In this document: positions 1 through 15,306 of the stretch, in pieces
How positions within the stretch are numbered: the first letter of the stretch is position 1
Layout of the letters: each line of letters starts with the position of its first letter
Origin: Octopus sinensis
Lineage: Eukaryota
Assembly (NCBI RefSeq): GCF_006345805.1
Contig: NC_043004.1
Location: 46,686,001 to 46,750,000, forward strand
Length of the DNA stretch: 64,000 nucleotides
Direction: 5' to 3'
The notes under the pieces: generated by a model
The model's database searches: none
What the model saw: the letters and a program-made list of their open reading frames with translations, nothing else
Told to the model about the DNA's origin: nothing
Made by a program: the position numbers and the translations under genes

Positions 1-717
1 TGAAAAGTGATACCTTTTAACGCCTACATCGTTCTTTCTTCACCTTTTCCACCTCTTCAAATTCCGTAGTACCAGCTTTCGTTACCAATTATGATCTTCG
101 TAAAAAGGACCAGGTCATCTTCCAGCTGTTCTTTCAGTTCACGACAGGCATACAATCGCCACTGCTTTTGACCCTCCGTGAGCAAGCGAGGCACAGATTT
201 TGCTGTGTCTGTTTTCATTCGCAATTCCTCGCTTAAAACTCATTGACAGGAGCCCCAGGACACACCAACATATTCGTCAACTGTGTGACGGTTTCCCAAG
301 ATGAGTTCATTATTTTTCATGACGTTTTCATTTGTTTGGGAGGTCGACGGTCGCTGTGAATGACATTGGTCCTCAGGCAACTAGTGACCATTCCTAAAGC
401 ATGGAAACCCTCGTAAACTAATGCTTTGTTCATGGCAGCGCCCTTCTAAGCTGTTTGAAGTATGTCAACTGTTTCGGCAGACATTTTCCCCGGCAGAAAA
501 CAGAATTTCACGGATGTATGCAGTTCTTTCGTTTCAGCTACGTAAACATAGACGAATAGGAGAGAAACATAACAAAACAAAGAAGCACCGAGTGCAGTAT
601 TAACCCACACATCGATGCCAGCCGGTAGACTGTTGCCTGAGGGTCACATCAAGTGGCTTCACTACGACGGGCTCATCCCACAGAGAACGTTCCTGGTTAA
701 TTTTGGGTACTCCCTCG
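1..717 (-). mobile_element. Degenerate Tc1/mariner transposon, 5' part (runs off window start)
   Basis: Minus strand translates to mariner N-terminal motifs (SVKFCFLPGK..AETV..LQTA, RPSTSQTNENV) with stops and frameshifts. Ends in CCCTCG followed by TA at 718-719. Homologous to 59100-59770. Confidence 0.8.
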
Positions 718-899
718 TATACTTGAACAGTGAGTAGAAGCGTAATTGCAAGCCTCGCATACATACAAAGTTACACGATAAGAATAAGAAGCCATCACAC
801 ACAACCGCACAACCACTGTATGACACTATGATGTAATGTCATGCAGAAATAGTTTCAAAACTATCGAATGACTGATAATTAGTCTAAATAGAATATCTT

Positions 900-1110
900 T
901 TATATTTTACTTGTTTTAATCATTAGCCTGCGGACCTGTTCTTTTATAAAGTCTGGTACTTATTATATCGGTCACTTAAACAGAAGCCTCTATGTTACGG
1001 ATACGTGAATACACCAAGACCGGTTGTCGTGCTGTGCTGGGAGACACACCAACACAAGTTGTCAAGCAGAGCGTTGATTGGAGACGCATCAACACCGTTT
1101 GGCAAGTGGT
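900..1110 (-). mobile_element. Diverged SINE 3' fragment (family of 62883-63286)
   Basis: Degenerate reverse-complement match to the tail of the 62883 element. Confidence 0.55.
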
Positions 1111-1679
1111 GATGGGAGACAAGCACTGACAGAAAGACACGCACACACACACACAAAATAATAGAATGAGAATTTTTTTTTTAAATTAAAAGAAAAGAAA
1201 AGCGGCAAATTAACACACAACACCCGAAACCAACAGTGTAGTATCTCTACGTGCTTTGCCTTTCAGTTTATCGTTCTATCACTATATCTTTCAACAATAA
1301 ACACCCTAAAAGGAGATAGTAGTACGCAACCTAAAACTAAGACTGCACTTAGTGGCTAATATCACATGTATATGAAGGGGATTTTTCCTTGTGTAGTTGT
1401 TTTGTACCCTGTTTTTTCGTTGTTAAAGGAATGGTCCGTTCCATGCTGTTTTTACGTTTTCGTTTCTCGTTGAGTTATACGTCTATTTGTGGTGCCCTGT
1501 ACACACGTATATATATATTTATATATGCATGTATATATACAAGTAGATGTAGGTATGTACATATATGTTTGTATGTATGCATATATTTTATTTATTACAC
1601 TATTGTATGACTGAGCGCCTTCGCGTTGATTCGATTCTATTTGTTTGGTTTCGTTTCGTTTCTTCTTCTCCTCTAAGCT

Positions 1680-1737
<58 letters not shown>

Positions 1738-2719
1738 AAATAAGAAAAGGGAGGAACAAATCCATTTCGATCATCAACTTACGGATATTACAATTTCATA
1801 TTATTTATCAATTATACATATATGAACATGAAAATCGAACAAAACAATATACATCAATATGCAAATTAATAATACAATAAAATTAATACAAATAAACTGC
1901 TCCTTACAGCTGTTTCAGCCTATGGTCAAGAGACAATCCAACTTAAATTGCTCAACTCCATTGTAGCAGTATATTGGATAACTGATATCCCATAGTGGGT
2001 TACCCTCATAACCCCTATCTTACTTTGTACTATATATATATATGTGTGTGTAAGTGTGTTTGTGTACGTGTGTATATTTTAAATTTGTTTATGCCAACGT
2101 TAAGGACATGCATATAAAACTCCTATTTCATTATGCTCGCTACCGTCTAATGATTCTGGCTATTGATTCAGTTTTTCGGGGTTGCATAACATGGCGATAT
2201 ACTAATCCACTAAACATGTCTTCGGTGAACCCAAAGAAAACAGCCTGGAACTATGTGGTTGGGAAGCAGGCCTGCATTGAACAATTATTATTAGAGTCTT
2301 TTTATTACAGATACGGCTACAATGAGCGTTCACAGGCACACGACCGCAATAACTGTATTTCTTGCCCAATCACAAACACGAAATATGTTGATCCTATCAA
2401 AACGTTATGTTATCCCAGAAATATGCTAAGTTAATTTTCAACTTTTCAATGTTTCAAGCGTTATGTAAAGACACGAGATAATTCAAGTGGAGATTGTTTG
2501 TGATACATGGATATGAAAGTTGGAAGTATGAAAATAAAATAAAACTGCTCTCATCTCTGTTCATAGCATTGTGATTTGCAGATTAGAAATGCCTGCTTCC
2601 ATTTAACATTTTTACAGGATCTTGTTTTTCCCATTCAAACGTGTGCAGAATTATGTATGTATGCATGTATGTATGTATGTATGTATGCATGTGTGTATGT
2701 ATACAGGAATATATGTATT

Positions 2720-2938
2720 ACTCTTTTACTCTTTTCTCTTTTACTTGTTTCAGTCATTTCACTATGGCCTTGCTGGAGCACCACCTTTAGTCGACCAAAT
2801 TGACCCAGGACTTATTCTTTGTAAGCCTAGTACTTATTCTATCAGTCTCTTGGGCCGAACCGCTAAGTCACTGGGACGTAAACACACCAACATCGGTTGT
2901 TAAGCGATGTTGTGGGGACAAACACAGACACACATACG

Positions 2939-2969
<31 letters not shown>

Positions 2970-3125
2970 GACGGGCTTCTTTCAGTTTCCGTCTACCAAA
3001 TCGACTCACAAGGCTTTGGTCGGCCCGAGGCTATAGTAGAAGACACTCGACCAAGGTGCCAAGCAGTGGGACTGAACCCGGAACCATGTGGTTGGTAAGC
3101 AAGCTACTTACCACACAAACACTCC
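2720..3125 (-). mobile_element. tRNA-derived SINE with internal (TA)n, near full length (Octopus OK/OR-type)
   Basis: Reverse complement of the head GGAGTG..TGTGTGGTAAGTAGCTTGCTTACCAACCACATGGTTCCGGGTTCAGTCCC; body and tail match 16571-16935 and 62883-63286. Confidence 0.85.
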
Positions 3126-3149
3126 TTCTTTTTGTTTATTTATTCTTTT

Positions 3150-3300
3150 ATTTATTTCAGTTATTTTAAAACAGTCATGCTGGAGCACCGTCTTGAGTCG
3201 AGTTAATCGACCGCAGAAATTATTCTTTGCAAGCCTAGTACTTATTCTATCGGTCTCTTTTGCCAAACCGCTAAATTATGGGGGCGTAAACACACCAAAA
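3150..3300 (-). mobile_element. SINE tail fragment, same family
   Basis: cagtcatgctggagcaccg...gcaagcctagtacttattctatcggtctcttttgccaaaccgctaa. Confidence 0.75.
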
Positions 3301-3570
3301 CCATTTTGAGCAACTGTGCAACAGTTGTTATTAACATAATCTTGCATTGCAGATCAGCCACCTTAAAACGTAATCACACATAGCAGGTTCAATAAACAGG
3401 TATGTTATGTATACAGACCCACATATATGTGTGATCTTATTATTACGTTTATGATATTACCGTTATATACGTTATAATATACATTATAATATATATACGT
3501 ATATATACACTGTTAGATAAAATTTGATAGATAGATAGGTTGATAGATAAGTTGATAGATACACGGACAA

Positions 3571-3601
<31 letters not shown>

Positions 3602-3607
3602 ATATAT

Positions 3608-3638
<31 letters not shown>

Positions 3639-5080
3639 TATATATATATATATATTATATATATATATATATATATGGAGGGGGAGATAGACAAATTGTT
3701 AGATAGGTAAAGAGAAAAATATAGTTAGGGATCGAAGTACACATTTATTATATAGAAATATATATTTCCAAAATATAGGTACAAAAGAAAACATCTAAGC
3801 ACGCACTAGTCTAATACTCAAACGCACACAATCACATGCGGTCATACGTATATGTTCATACACACACACTTACATACAAGCACACATACAAACACACACA
3901 CACATATATAATCTGCGTGTGTACATATACATATATATTTATCTGTCTATTTATATATATGTATATGCTTGTGTGTGTATGTGTGTGTGTATATAGAGCT
4001 ATGTACGTATGTGTATATATTGCTCTGATTAGTGAAAATTTTGTTCAGTATAAATTCATTCTTTGCCATGTATGTATGTGTATATATATTGCTTCCATGT
4101 ATTGAACATAATATTCGTATCAGAGTTATTCTATTCGGAAATTATATCTTTCTTTGAGGCTAGAGTATCTCACTAATAAGGTATTTATTGATATAAAATT
4201 CTTTGTTATATGAAAGAAACATGTCATTGCATATTCAAGATTGAAGACTATTGTTTCATGTTGTATTCTGTTCCAGCTTGTATATTGTTAAATCATATCA
4301 TAAAAAATATCGATTCTTTTGTTCAGTATTGGAAGCGGATGAGATCTCTGTATAATATCAAAGCTAAATCAGTTTTCATCATATAAAACTGAAAGATGAA
4401 ATAAAGAAATATATAAAACAAAACCAGAAATAAAGAAAATATAATGAAACACAGACAAAACAGAGAGAGAAAACTAAAATCTAATGGAGAAAGAAATAAT
4501 TGAACGAAAATAAAATTGAAATGATTATAGCTTTGGACATTTCCTATCTAGACAGTCTTATTGGGTATTTTGAATGTTGTAGTTTTTCGTCTTCTACCAT
4601 GAAATTTTATTCAAATTTGTTTGTAAACAGATAATCCGAAGACATATAATGATAATACAGATTTAATTGCATTTACTTCATTGATATATAGACCAGTATT
4701 CACGTATATAAGATGAATATAATATAAGCCTCGCATTCATATGTACAAAACGCAGCATAAAAATACACAGAGATAAACATAGACGCATATGTTTACTTCA
4801 AAAAATAAGATAGCAAAACAACATACTTGCGCACAAACAAACAAAGATACACCAGGGATATAAAAATTATATAGAATGCCGGCTTAAAATTTACATTGAA
4901 ATAGGGAAAATGATAAATATTTTATTAATTTTTGAATATTTGGATACGTAGTTACTCGTCCATTTCTAAGAATTACGGGAATAAGCTCTAAGGAATCCAT
5001 AAATATTTATATAATGTAAAGCAATTTCGTCTCGTGATTTATGTCTTATTTGTGTAGTACAGAACATAATTTACGTTATA

Positions 5081-5143
<63 letters not shown>

Positions 5144-5177
5144 CATACATATATATATAATATATATAATATATATA

Positions 5178-5221
<44 letters not shown>

Positions 5222-6910
5222 GTATACATGTATGTATTATATGTATATAAGTATGTATATATCAATAATACATACATTCATGCAGCATTTTAGTAAAAAT
5301 CGTGCGGTATGCTATGCAAAGCCCTTCCACAGTTATTCGCTACCTGATAACATCATACAGTGACAAACGTTTTGTTACTGGTTATACATCAGGAATTCTA
5401 TAATGTCCGTAGTGTTTATATTCATAGCTGAATAAATAGATACTGGATAGAATGCCACTCTCTACATATATTCATTACAATTGTTCTCAGACATGGCTAC
5501 ACGCATAGTACATTGGGAAACGATATGATTAACACTAATTAATATATCGTGTAATCAGTATCATCCGTTAAAAGTGTAATATGTGTTTCTTCAGGTGAAT
5601 ATTTTAAGTCATTTGCTAGATCATACTGACCTCTCACTCTGTATGAGAATCAGTATACAAAGCAGTGTCCTATTTCAACAATACCCGCACAAATCTAGTA
5701 TTGTTCTATACAAACCTTATTCTTGATACCATTATTCTTGAACATTTTGTTTGAACCATTGCATTAGCATCTATCTAGCCCTGAAATTTCTCGTTGTTCT
5801 CCCTTCAAGTATCAGCCAGCATAAATTTCAGCGACACGTTAAACCTGTCAACTTCACCAGTCTCGTACCGTTATTTAGATCCTACCTTATGCATATTTTG
5901 TGAATTAAAAATGTCCAATATAATTATAACTGTTACTGTTTTACCTACCCTTCTACTTTTCACATGTCTCATCGAGTTGTAATTGCGAATATTGCATTAT
6001 TATTAATAAATTCTGCATTGTACTGAAACTTTAATATGAGTTCAAGGGTATTGATATTACATCAACCATACTGGATATGGTTTACGTATACATATATCGC
6101 TAATATGCTATTTTCCATCCCTCCTCATTTATTGTTGAGTGTTTCTGTTAAAATGTTGCATTAGAATCAGACATACCTTCAGAAAGTCTCATGTGTTATA
6201 TCCGTTTATGCAACAAACATCAAAGGTGCAAGGAAAATTCCAAACGACACCGGATTCATACGTCTGTAGGTAAAATATCCTTGGATGAAATACGCAATTT
6301 TCAAATTCACACTCAATACTTGTCATGAATATTTAAAATCAAAATTGAAAAATCACACGCACTGTCAAAACACAGTTAAGCATTCGCTAAATCGCCTAGA
6401 AAATACATTATACGACACAATATATATCTTATTCAATACCAAATACGACCAACAAAAGTCTAAATAATTCATTTTGTTAGTTAATGCAATCATTGCAACT
6501 CAATAATTTATCACAATTTTGGAGTCAGACTTTCATATCACAGCAATATCTCATTATAAACAAGCCAGAAGTTCTATGAAAATATAACATTTCTGCAACA
6601 GTTCACATAACGCCAGACTAGTTTATGTATGATATCGGCCTACAAATAATTTATTACTTTCCAATATAAAGTATGAAGATTTGTTGCAATAAGCCAAAGA
6701 AAGAGAGAGTAGATTGGCGAATGGGCGGCAGAGATGTAAGAGGAACGAAGATATAGACAGAGAAAAAGAAATAAAACTGAGGGAAGAAAAAGATAGCCAT
6801 TGATGTATGGACATATAAATATTCTTACATAAATGCACTCTTGCAGTCACATGCATACACACAAACACACACGCATATAGATGTGTGTTTGTACGTGTGT
6901 GTGTGCGTAA

Positions 6911-6941
<31 letters not shown>

Positions 6942-6948
6942 ATATATA

Positions 6949-6995
<47 letters not shown>

Positions 6996-8334
6996 TACAT
7001 ATATACATATATACATATATACATATCTTTCCAACCCAATTATTGGACAGCTTTAATATTCTATATTTTTCAGAGAACCTCTTCTGTGTGAACAGACATC
7101 TTTTCAATTTCAATGTTAACAGCATTGCCATTTAAGAGATCGGACTAAATAGATGGAGAATGACACTGATGTATGATAAAATATAAAGTGCAATCTGTTT
7201 GTTAAACAAATAATCCTTCGATGGAATGGACACTAGGAAAATGTACCAGTCTTTTAATTTGACTCAGTAGCAACAGACAGTCTAAATTATTACTCAATCT
7301 GATAATATTAGTACTTTCTGGCCTTCAGCAAAAATTTGTTTTACTAAACTGAGATACATATGCCATTTTTCTCACGAATTCATTTGAGGAAAATCTGATG
7401 ACTTACAAATACACAAAGGTATGTTTATGGGTTCAAAATATATGCAAGGGGAATGATAAATGGCACTCCCATAATGGAACAACCATCAAATCAAGATCAA
7501 GGATCTTCCTCTCTACCATTGACAAGTAATCTCTGCTTGATGGCTTTTCTAGTCTCAAGAGCTTGCTAGGACAAGGCTGACAGCCGGATCATACATAGCA
7601 ATACACGATGATAAAAGTTCGCAAGTCAGCAATACTCAAACAGAATGAATTTATACTGAACAGAAGTTTCAGTAATCAGAGTTAGCTCTGATAAATATAT
7701 GTAGTATGGTTTAAGCCAATGACTATAGTGGATGAAAAAAAATCTAAATAAATACGTTACCTTGAATTTAGCATCTTTCAACCCCTTGAATTATGATAAA
7801 ATGGGATAATGAGCATAGTTCGTGCAAGGTAAATTGGTAAAGTTAGAGGACATTGTTAAAAATGTTACTAGAAAGTTTATAAACCCAAGAATAAATAGGA
7901 CAAGAATGGAAAGAATAAAAGTAAACAAATAAAAAGGTAAAAATAAGAAGGGCCTTTTCTGTTAGTCTCCCATCTTCCAATTTGTTTCAGCTTTTGTTCC
8001 AAATGAATTCAGATTGAGTGCACTGGTGTAGTTTTGTATGGTAATCATTGACATGAAATTTATAGCCATTAACAATTTGCTTGTTAATAGATTGTAAAGT
8101 TTGCAAATTTTGGGTAATTTTAGTGAGTCGAAAGCCACAGACATATAGGTGCCTGTTTCCATGTGGACATTCCGAGCTTACTAATTGCTTAAAACACATG
8201 GGGTATGAGGTAGTCGTGTGATGTGTAAATTGTGTGTCTGTGTGTGTATACATATATACATCTAGATATAGAAACTTACTGAAAAGTTACACATACACTT
8301 GCAAACCCTCATAGACCCCGCCCCCATATATATA

Positions 8335-8432
<98 letters not shown>

Positions 8433-8438
8433 ATATAA

Positions 8439-8484
<46 letters not shown>

Positions 8485-8509
8485 TATATATTATATATAT
8501 ATATATAGG

Positions 8510-9560
8510 GATGGTATTATTAAGATACTATCACGAGTGACAACCGAATTATCAGCCGTACAGGCAAATTAATAAAATATATACATACAATATAACATGA
8601 GTACCTAAACCTCTAAAAATTGATGTCAAAAATATTTCTGTACCACCGAATAGTCCTAAAACTATCGCAGACATGATAGGAAAAATATCAGTGAACAATA
8701 ATAATGTCTTACCTCTACTGGGTCAGAACTAGTAAATGCTCGTCAACTTTAGTGCCAAACATGTGACTGATTTCTCATCTGCCTAAGTCTGCCAGCTAAA
8801 TTACTACTAAAACTCTCCTCCATCATGTCTGCAAAGGTTCGTTTGAAGTGACCGAACACTATAGGAACAAACGAAATGTCTAAAATTATTTATACATAAA
8901 TATAGCGATGGTATTATTAAAATACCATCACGAGTGGCTAGCGGATTATCAGCCGTATAGGGAAATAAATATAAAAAAATATACATACAATATTAGATAT
9001 GTACATATATAAACAAGGGTACTACATTAGTACGTATAACGCTAAAAATAGAAGTTAAAATACTTCTGTACCACCGAATACTCACGAAATTATTACAGAT
9101 ATGATAGGAAAAACTATCAGTGAACAATAATAATGCCTTACATCTACTGGGTCAGAACAAGTAAATGCTGTCAACTTTGTACCGGTTTATTTTTTAATAA
9201 AAACAGTTTTTCCTATCATATCTGTAATAATTTCGTGAGTATTCGGTGGTACAGAAGTATTTTAACTTCTATTTTGGCGTTATACGTACTAATGTAGTAG
9301 CCCTGTGAATATATGTACTTATCTAATATTGTACGTACATATTTTATTAATTTGCCTGTACGGCTGATAATTCGCTTGTCACTCCTGATGGTATTTTAAT
9401 AATACCATCGCTATATTTATTTATAAAGAATTGTACACAGTTCGTTTGTTCCTATAGTGTTTTGTCACTTCAAACGAACCTTTGTAGGCATGAAGGGGGA
9501 GAATTTTAGTAATTTAGCTGGCAGACATTGACTGATGAGAAATCAGGAACCTATTTGGTG
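8510..9560. repeat. ~397-bp unit: two direct copies followed by one inverted copy
   Basis: Units start GATGGTATTATTAA at 8510 and 8907; ~9205-9560 is the reverse complement of ~8760-9115. Confidence 0.85.
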
Positions 9561-12159
9561 CTAAATTTCGAAACCGGTACCAAGTTGACCTATATTTACA
9601 TTGAGAAATATATATCGGAGACAAATGCTATTATATATGTATTTTCTTTACAAACACTTGTAAGAAATTTCCACAACATAGCAATTATACAACACGAGAT
9701 CCAAGTTTGTGTCCTGACGGTTACATTCCGCCTTATGTACTCCTAAGAACTAGGATGGAGTAGGGACGGCTTGGTAACATTTTACCTGTAACTTGGTGAT
9801 CTTGTACCAAGATATTAAAGGTGTTAGACACGTGGTTTAGTGGTTAGTGTGTTGGACACACCATAACAAGATTCTTGCAGCTGACTTAGCTAGTAAAAAT
9901 GACTAACCCAGTGACGTACCAGCGTCCCATCCAGAGAGGAATATACCTGACAGAGAAACCGAGAAAGCAGCCCTATGCACCTTCCAGAGATAAGTGGACC
10001 AACTCAGTACATGACTGGTGGGTTGTTCTCACTGACAGTGCTGCAGCATGATCACAACTTTAGGGTTGGAATGTATGAATAAAGTAAAAGAATATCCATT
10101 ATTATATGTTAGTGAGACTTATATTATTCTATCGGTTCCATCCAATGAAAATGTTGATCGATGAATGATTTAATCTGTTGGGGTTTTCTGGTAGAATACA
10201 TTGACCATATAACCATATTTGTTATTTTTCAAAAATATTCCAAAAAATGCTGAATATAAACATTTTTAGCATTATCGAAAATGATGAACTCCGATGACTA
10301 TTCTCTACGAATAATAGGAAAACACCTACGATTTTTTAATAATTCATATATAAAGAATTATAACTTGGAAATATTAAGTATCTTTTAATTCCATAACTTA
10401 CAATTGAACAAAATAATAAAACACTCACTGCATTATTATGTAAAACAAATGCGTACAAAACCTATTTCAAAATAAATTATCATTTATCTTCTATTTTTTA
10501 TTATTTTACTCGTTCTTTTTAAGCTATGTTCTTTTTCTACACAGACATTAAGACACACACACACACAACCACGAACACACACATACACACATATATATGA
10601 TGCATATATACGACAAACATCTTTCAGTTACTCACAAAATGTACTCACAAAATTTTGGCCAGCTCGAAGCAATGCTAGAAGACACCCAAGTTGCTACACG
10701 CTGGGATAAAATTCGGAAACGGAAAGATTAAAGGAATATAAAGCTGGTTAATTATATCTTTATCGAGATATATATTTTATTTTCCAAATATATTAAGTCT
10801 GAATTTAGCATTTCAATATGCCTTTACACATCTGCAGTAAATGGGAATATTCTTAAAATCATAATAAATAAAATTTGATGGTTAGCAAGGGGAATACATA
10901 CATCAACAAGAGAAAATAACTGTATTGCTTCATGTTTTCTAAAGAGCTAGAGAAAACATGAACATGGCATCTTCTATTATTGATTAATGTAACTTAAGAT
11001 AATATTTTATAATGCTCTCAGTTCAATAATTCCGTTAAAATATTTCGTCTGACAGTAAAGTTCATAAGTTAGTTGTGTAATGAAGAATTTACTGTTTGAC
11101 TGACTCTAATTCCAAACCACTTATGCTCGATGCACTTGAAAACTCATAAAGAAACTGAAAAACATATACGAATACCAGTGGCATTGGTTTTCCTTTCAGA
11201 TGTATATACATATTTACATACATACTTACATACATATACATATATATATATATATAAATATATATATATGTGTGTGTGTGTGTGTGCGTGTGTGTATGTG
11301 TGTGTGTATGCATGTATATATATATATATATATATATGAATGTATGCGCATAGTTGTCTTACAATCAGTAAGTCAGAGAAAGACAAGAGCTGGTATATAT
11401 GTCCACACAGCAGTTATATTAATATTTATAATATACAGTATTATAGATTTATTTAAATCGAACCAGGTTTCGTATAGGATGTATCCGAGATTCTAAGTAT
11501 GTGCTAATCAGGGGATCATCCTCTGCCTAATGATCTAAGACAATGATCACATAAGCCTAATCACATGATCATCCTCTGCCAATTAAGTTGTATCCTAAAC
11601 AGATACTTATTTCAACAATGTTATATTCATAAAAGGAGAATTTATGAAGATTTATCAGGAGAAAGACGGCTGCAGCATATAGCCATGTCTTTCTAGGCAT
11701 TCTTAACATTTGAATATCAGAAAAATCTGTGAAACTAGTCAAGCCTCTAGAAACAAGCCATTTAGATGTATCCCAGTACATTTTCATATTCTGATATATA
11801 CATATATGAATGTGGGTGCGGGTGTATGTCTCTCTATGCATGTATGTATGTACGTACGTACGTAGGTATGTATGTTTGTATGTATATGAATATAATCAAA
11901 GGAGACTAGCAGCATATTTCCTCGAAAGAAAAAGGAATAATTTGGGCAAAGAATAGATATATTCAAACAGTGTTACTATTCAATCTACCCAACGAGTAGC
12001 ATTCCATCCCAGGTAGTATTTGAACAATAACTTAATATAATTGACAACCCATATAATACACACAGACAAACACACAAACAACACACATACACACACACGG
12101 AAATTAACAAACACGTATACATGTGTGTGTGGTGTATATATATATATATATATAAATAA

Positions 12160-12190
<31 letters not shown>

Positions 12191-12219
12191 TAAATATATA
12201 TATATATATATATAAATAA

Positions 12220-12262
<43 letters not shown>

Positions 12263-12303
12263 TATATATATATATATATAATATATATATATATATAAAT
12301 ATA

Positions 12304-12353
<50 letters not shown>

Positions 12354-13654
12354 CATCATATATACATCATTTCATTCTTATTAAATTCTCTTTCAATTTT
12401 CAGTTACTTTTAAGTATTCAATTATATCTTGCACAACTGAACTGTAAACATTTCATTACATTTCTATTACTTGAATTGCAGAGTCATATGTGCCTAAGTA
12501 TATGTATGCTTCTATGTATGTATGCATGTATGTATGTATGTATGTATGTATGCATGCATGTATGTGTGCATGTATGTATGTATATATGTATGTATGTATG
12601 CATGTATGTATGTGTATGTGCTTGTTCTTGTATGGAGACGTGCGGCATAATGGCTACGGCCATTGCGGATTTCGATTCGTGGACTCCTCTGTTCCACCCA
12701 CAGGCAAAACTGAGTAATACTGCGATGGACCGTCGTCCTGTCTAGTAGACACTATATGCGTCAGAGAATCTAGGAATCGGTCTTATGAGCCTGCAGTTCG
12801 GGAAAGAACTTTGATACATTCCGTAGGAGCTTCCCACCGACTGCGTGGGCTGTAGTATGTGTAGATATGTCTGCTTCAGACACTAATCTTTAGCAGTGAA
12901 ATATACAATATATCGACATCTTGATTGGGAGAAATATTGTAAATATTAACAGAACTAAAGAAAAGCACAAAAATACCAAGATGAAAACGGATTTAATACT
13001 GAACTATATTTTTATTGAGGTAGATTGGATGTGTTGTATAAATACTGACCAGTGTAATTAAACAAATGAATAACTTTCTTCCATAAGAACAGAGAGGACG
13101 CTATAAAGTTAGTTTTGAATGTGAATACAAATTACTGTTCAATATCTGTGAAAAATTGTTGAAGTAGAAAAAGAAATCACGGAATTCCATTGATTAATTG
13201 TCATACACCTTTGAGGGACTTTTTATTTCGTGCATTCTAGAAATAATAGGGGTACGTATGGAATCACCAGAAACAAAGAAGTATATGAAGAATGTCCGAA
13301 GCAAATGGAAATCAATTTCATAATTCTAAACGAGATGGACAGTTGGGAAAAAAATAATAATAGCCTATCACTTTACCAGTGGAATATTCCAGTTTGATAC
13401 ATTTTTATTTCTTGATTTCTGTGACATCAACCAGAGTGCTAAATATATTTACGTATATATAAATACATATATATTCTAATGCGCACACACAAACACACAC
13501 GCGTGCATTCATGTATTTATATGCATATACATACAATCATGTATATAATTCCCCCGGTATAGATTATTACTTGTTGGGTAGGAAGTAACACACATCCAGC
13601 CAAAACACAAAGTGTGCTTTGAATGCACAGCTGGTTCTAAATGTTGATTATTAT

Positions 13655-13920
13655 TGTTCCTTCTCAAGCCATACCTGAATCATTTCTTGGCGTATAAGCT
13701 CCCCACCTGAACGGGACGCCGGTCCATCGCAGGTGAGCTGCAAGGTGCAGAAGAAAAGAGTGAGAGAAAGTTGTGGCGAAAGAGTCAGCAGAAGTTTCGC
13801 CATTACCTTCTGCCGGAGCCGCGTGGAGCTTAGGTGTTTCGCTCATAAACACACACATCATCCAGTCTGAGATTGGAACCCGCGATCCCACTGCTCTAAG
13901 CACTAGGCCATGTGTCTCCA
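13655..13920 (-). mobile_element. tRNA-derived SINE (OR-like head, tail type 1)
   Basis: A-box-like TGGCCTAGTG and B-box-like GGTTCCAATC on minus strand; homologous to 33768-34075. Confidence 0.8.
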
Positions 13921-14149
13921 CAAACATGTTGATTACTGGTAAACGTATTTTCTAACTGAAAACTCTCGTTGAACTAAGGCTATTTGCATGTTCTGATGTA
14001 ACTCCCAGAAGTATATCACAATGTTCTGTACCTGGGCATTCTCTGAAACATACGTAAGTTAGTACCGAAAACAAGCAAACACATTAAGTATGGTAATGCA
14101 CAATGGCAAATAATTCTGCAGGTTAAATCTTGAGAAGTAACATAGTAGA

Positions 14150-15130
14150 GACAAAGCACGCTAGTATCATATTAGTTGAAGGAGAAAGCGAACAGAATTA
14201 GAAGAAAAAAAGTAGCCACAAGCATAAACATACTTCAAATTAATGATCTAGAAAGATTGCAATGCACACAAATAAAGGAAATATTCGGAAAGGAATATAA
14301 AAGAACCATTAAATTATTTAAGAAGAAGCATAAAAGAAACATTTCTTTTTAAAAAAGAACAGAACTGAACGTAACAATATATACGGTTAAATACATCAAT
14401 GCACTAGCTCTAATAATAAGTTATAGGTATAATTTTGTCAACTTGACGTTAAACGAATTAAGAAGACTAGACAGGAAATCAAGTAAATAATGACTGCATT
14501 TAGAATGCACCATTCCGAAGCCGATTCGGATATAAAAATTTTTATGATGAAAACAGATAGGCAAGGGCCTACTGCAAGACAATTATTATATATTTACAGT
14601 AGGACAACACGAGTGAATGAGAAGTAAAGGTAATTACAAGATTTGAAGAAAGCAGACACAAAACTGCTTTTCGTCTACAAGAATAAAATCGAGGCCAATG
14701 CAACAGGCAATTGTTAATAGAATAAAGAAACTACCATAAAAATTCAAAAAATATGGGAAGGAACAAATATCTTCATTGAATCTAGGATTGCAAACTTTAC
14801 ATGCTCAAAATTTGAAAGGACCTAAAAAATCAGCAACAGATGAATAAATATCACCTTTCTGGAATAAAGGCCAGAAGTTCGACAGTAAGAAGGATGAGAT
14901 AGCATACAAAAAAAAAACACCAAAAAAACCCAGGAAATATGTACCATAGGACTTTCAATATTTTTTTATATTCAGTATAATATCAATCATACACACTGAA
15001 AATTATATGGGACTGATAAAAGCAGGACATCATATGAGACGGATATAAGCAGGATACGACTCAGAGATGAGACATTAAAGTTTGAGGCATATGATCAATA
15101 ATTTAAAAGCAGAAACTCTAAAATACCTTG
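14150..15130 (+). mobile_element. Decayed RLE-type non-LTR retrotransposon (R4/Dong-like), region C-terminal to RT
   Basis: Broken motifs INALA..ISY, ELRRLDRKSxKxMTAFRMHHSEAD..GRQG, LKAET; homologous to 21500-21800. Confidence 0.6.
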
Positions 15131-15238
15131 GCAGCAGGGAAAAAGAATCAACAGCAGAATCTCTCTAGCTCTCTCTCTCTCCCTCGTTTCTATCTTCCTT
15201 TCTTTCTCTCTCTCACTTTCTCCTTTTCTGTAAGTATA

Positions 15239-15306
<68 letters not shown>

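Noticed and set aside
8510-9560. CRISPR-like or other regularly spaced array
   Set aside because: Long tandem and inverted units without unique spacers; eukaryotic context; no cas genes
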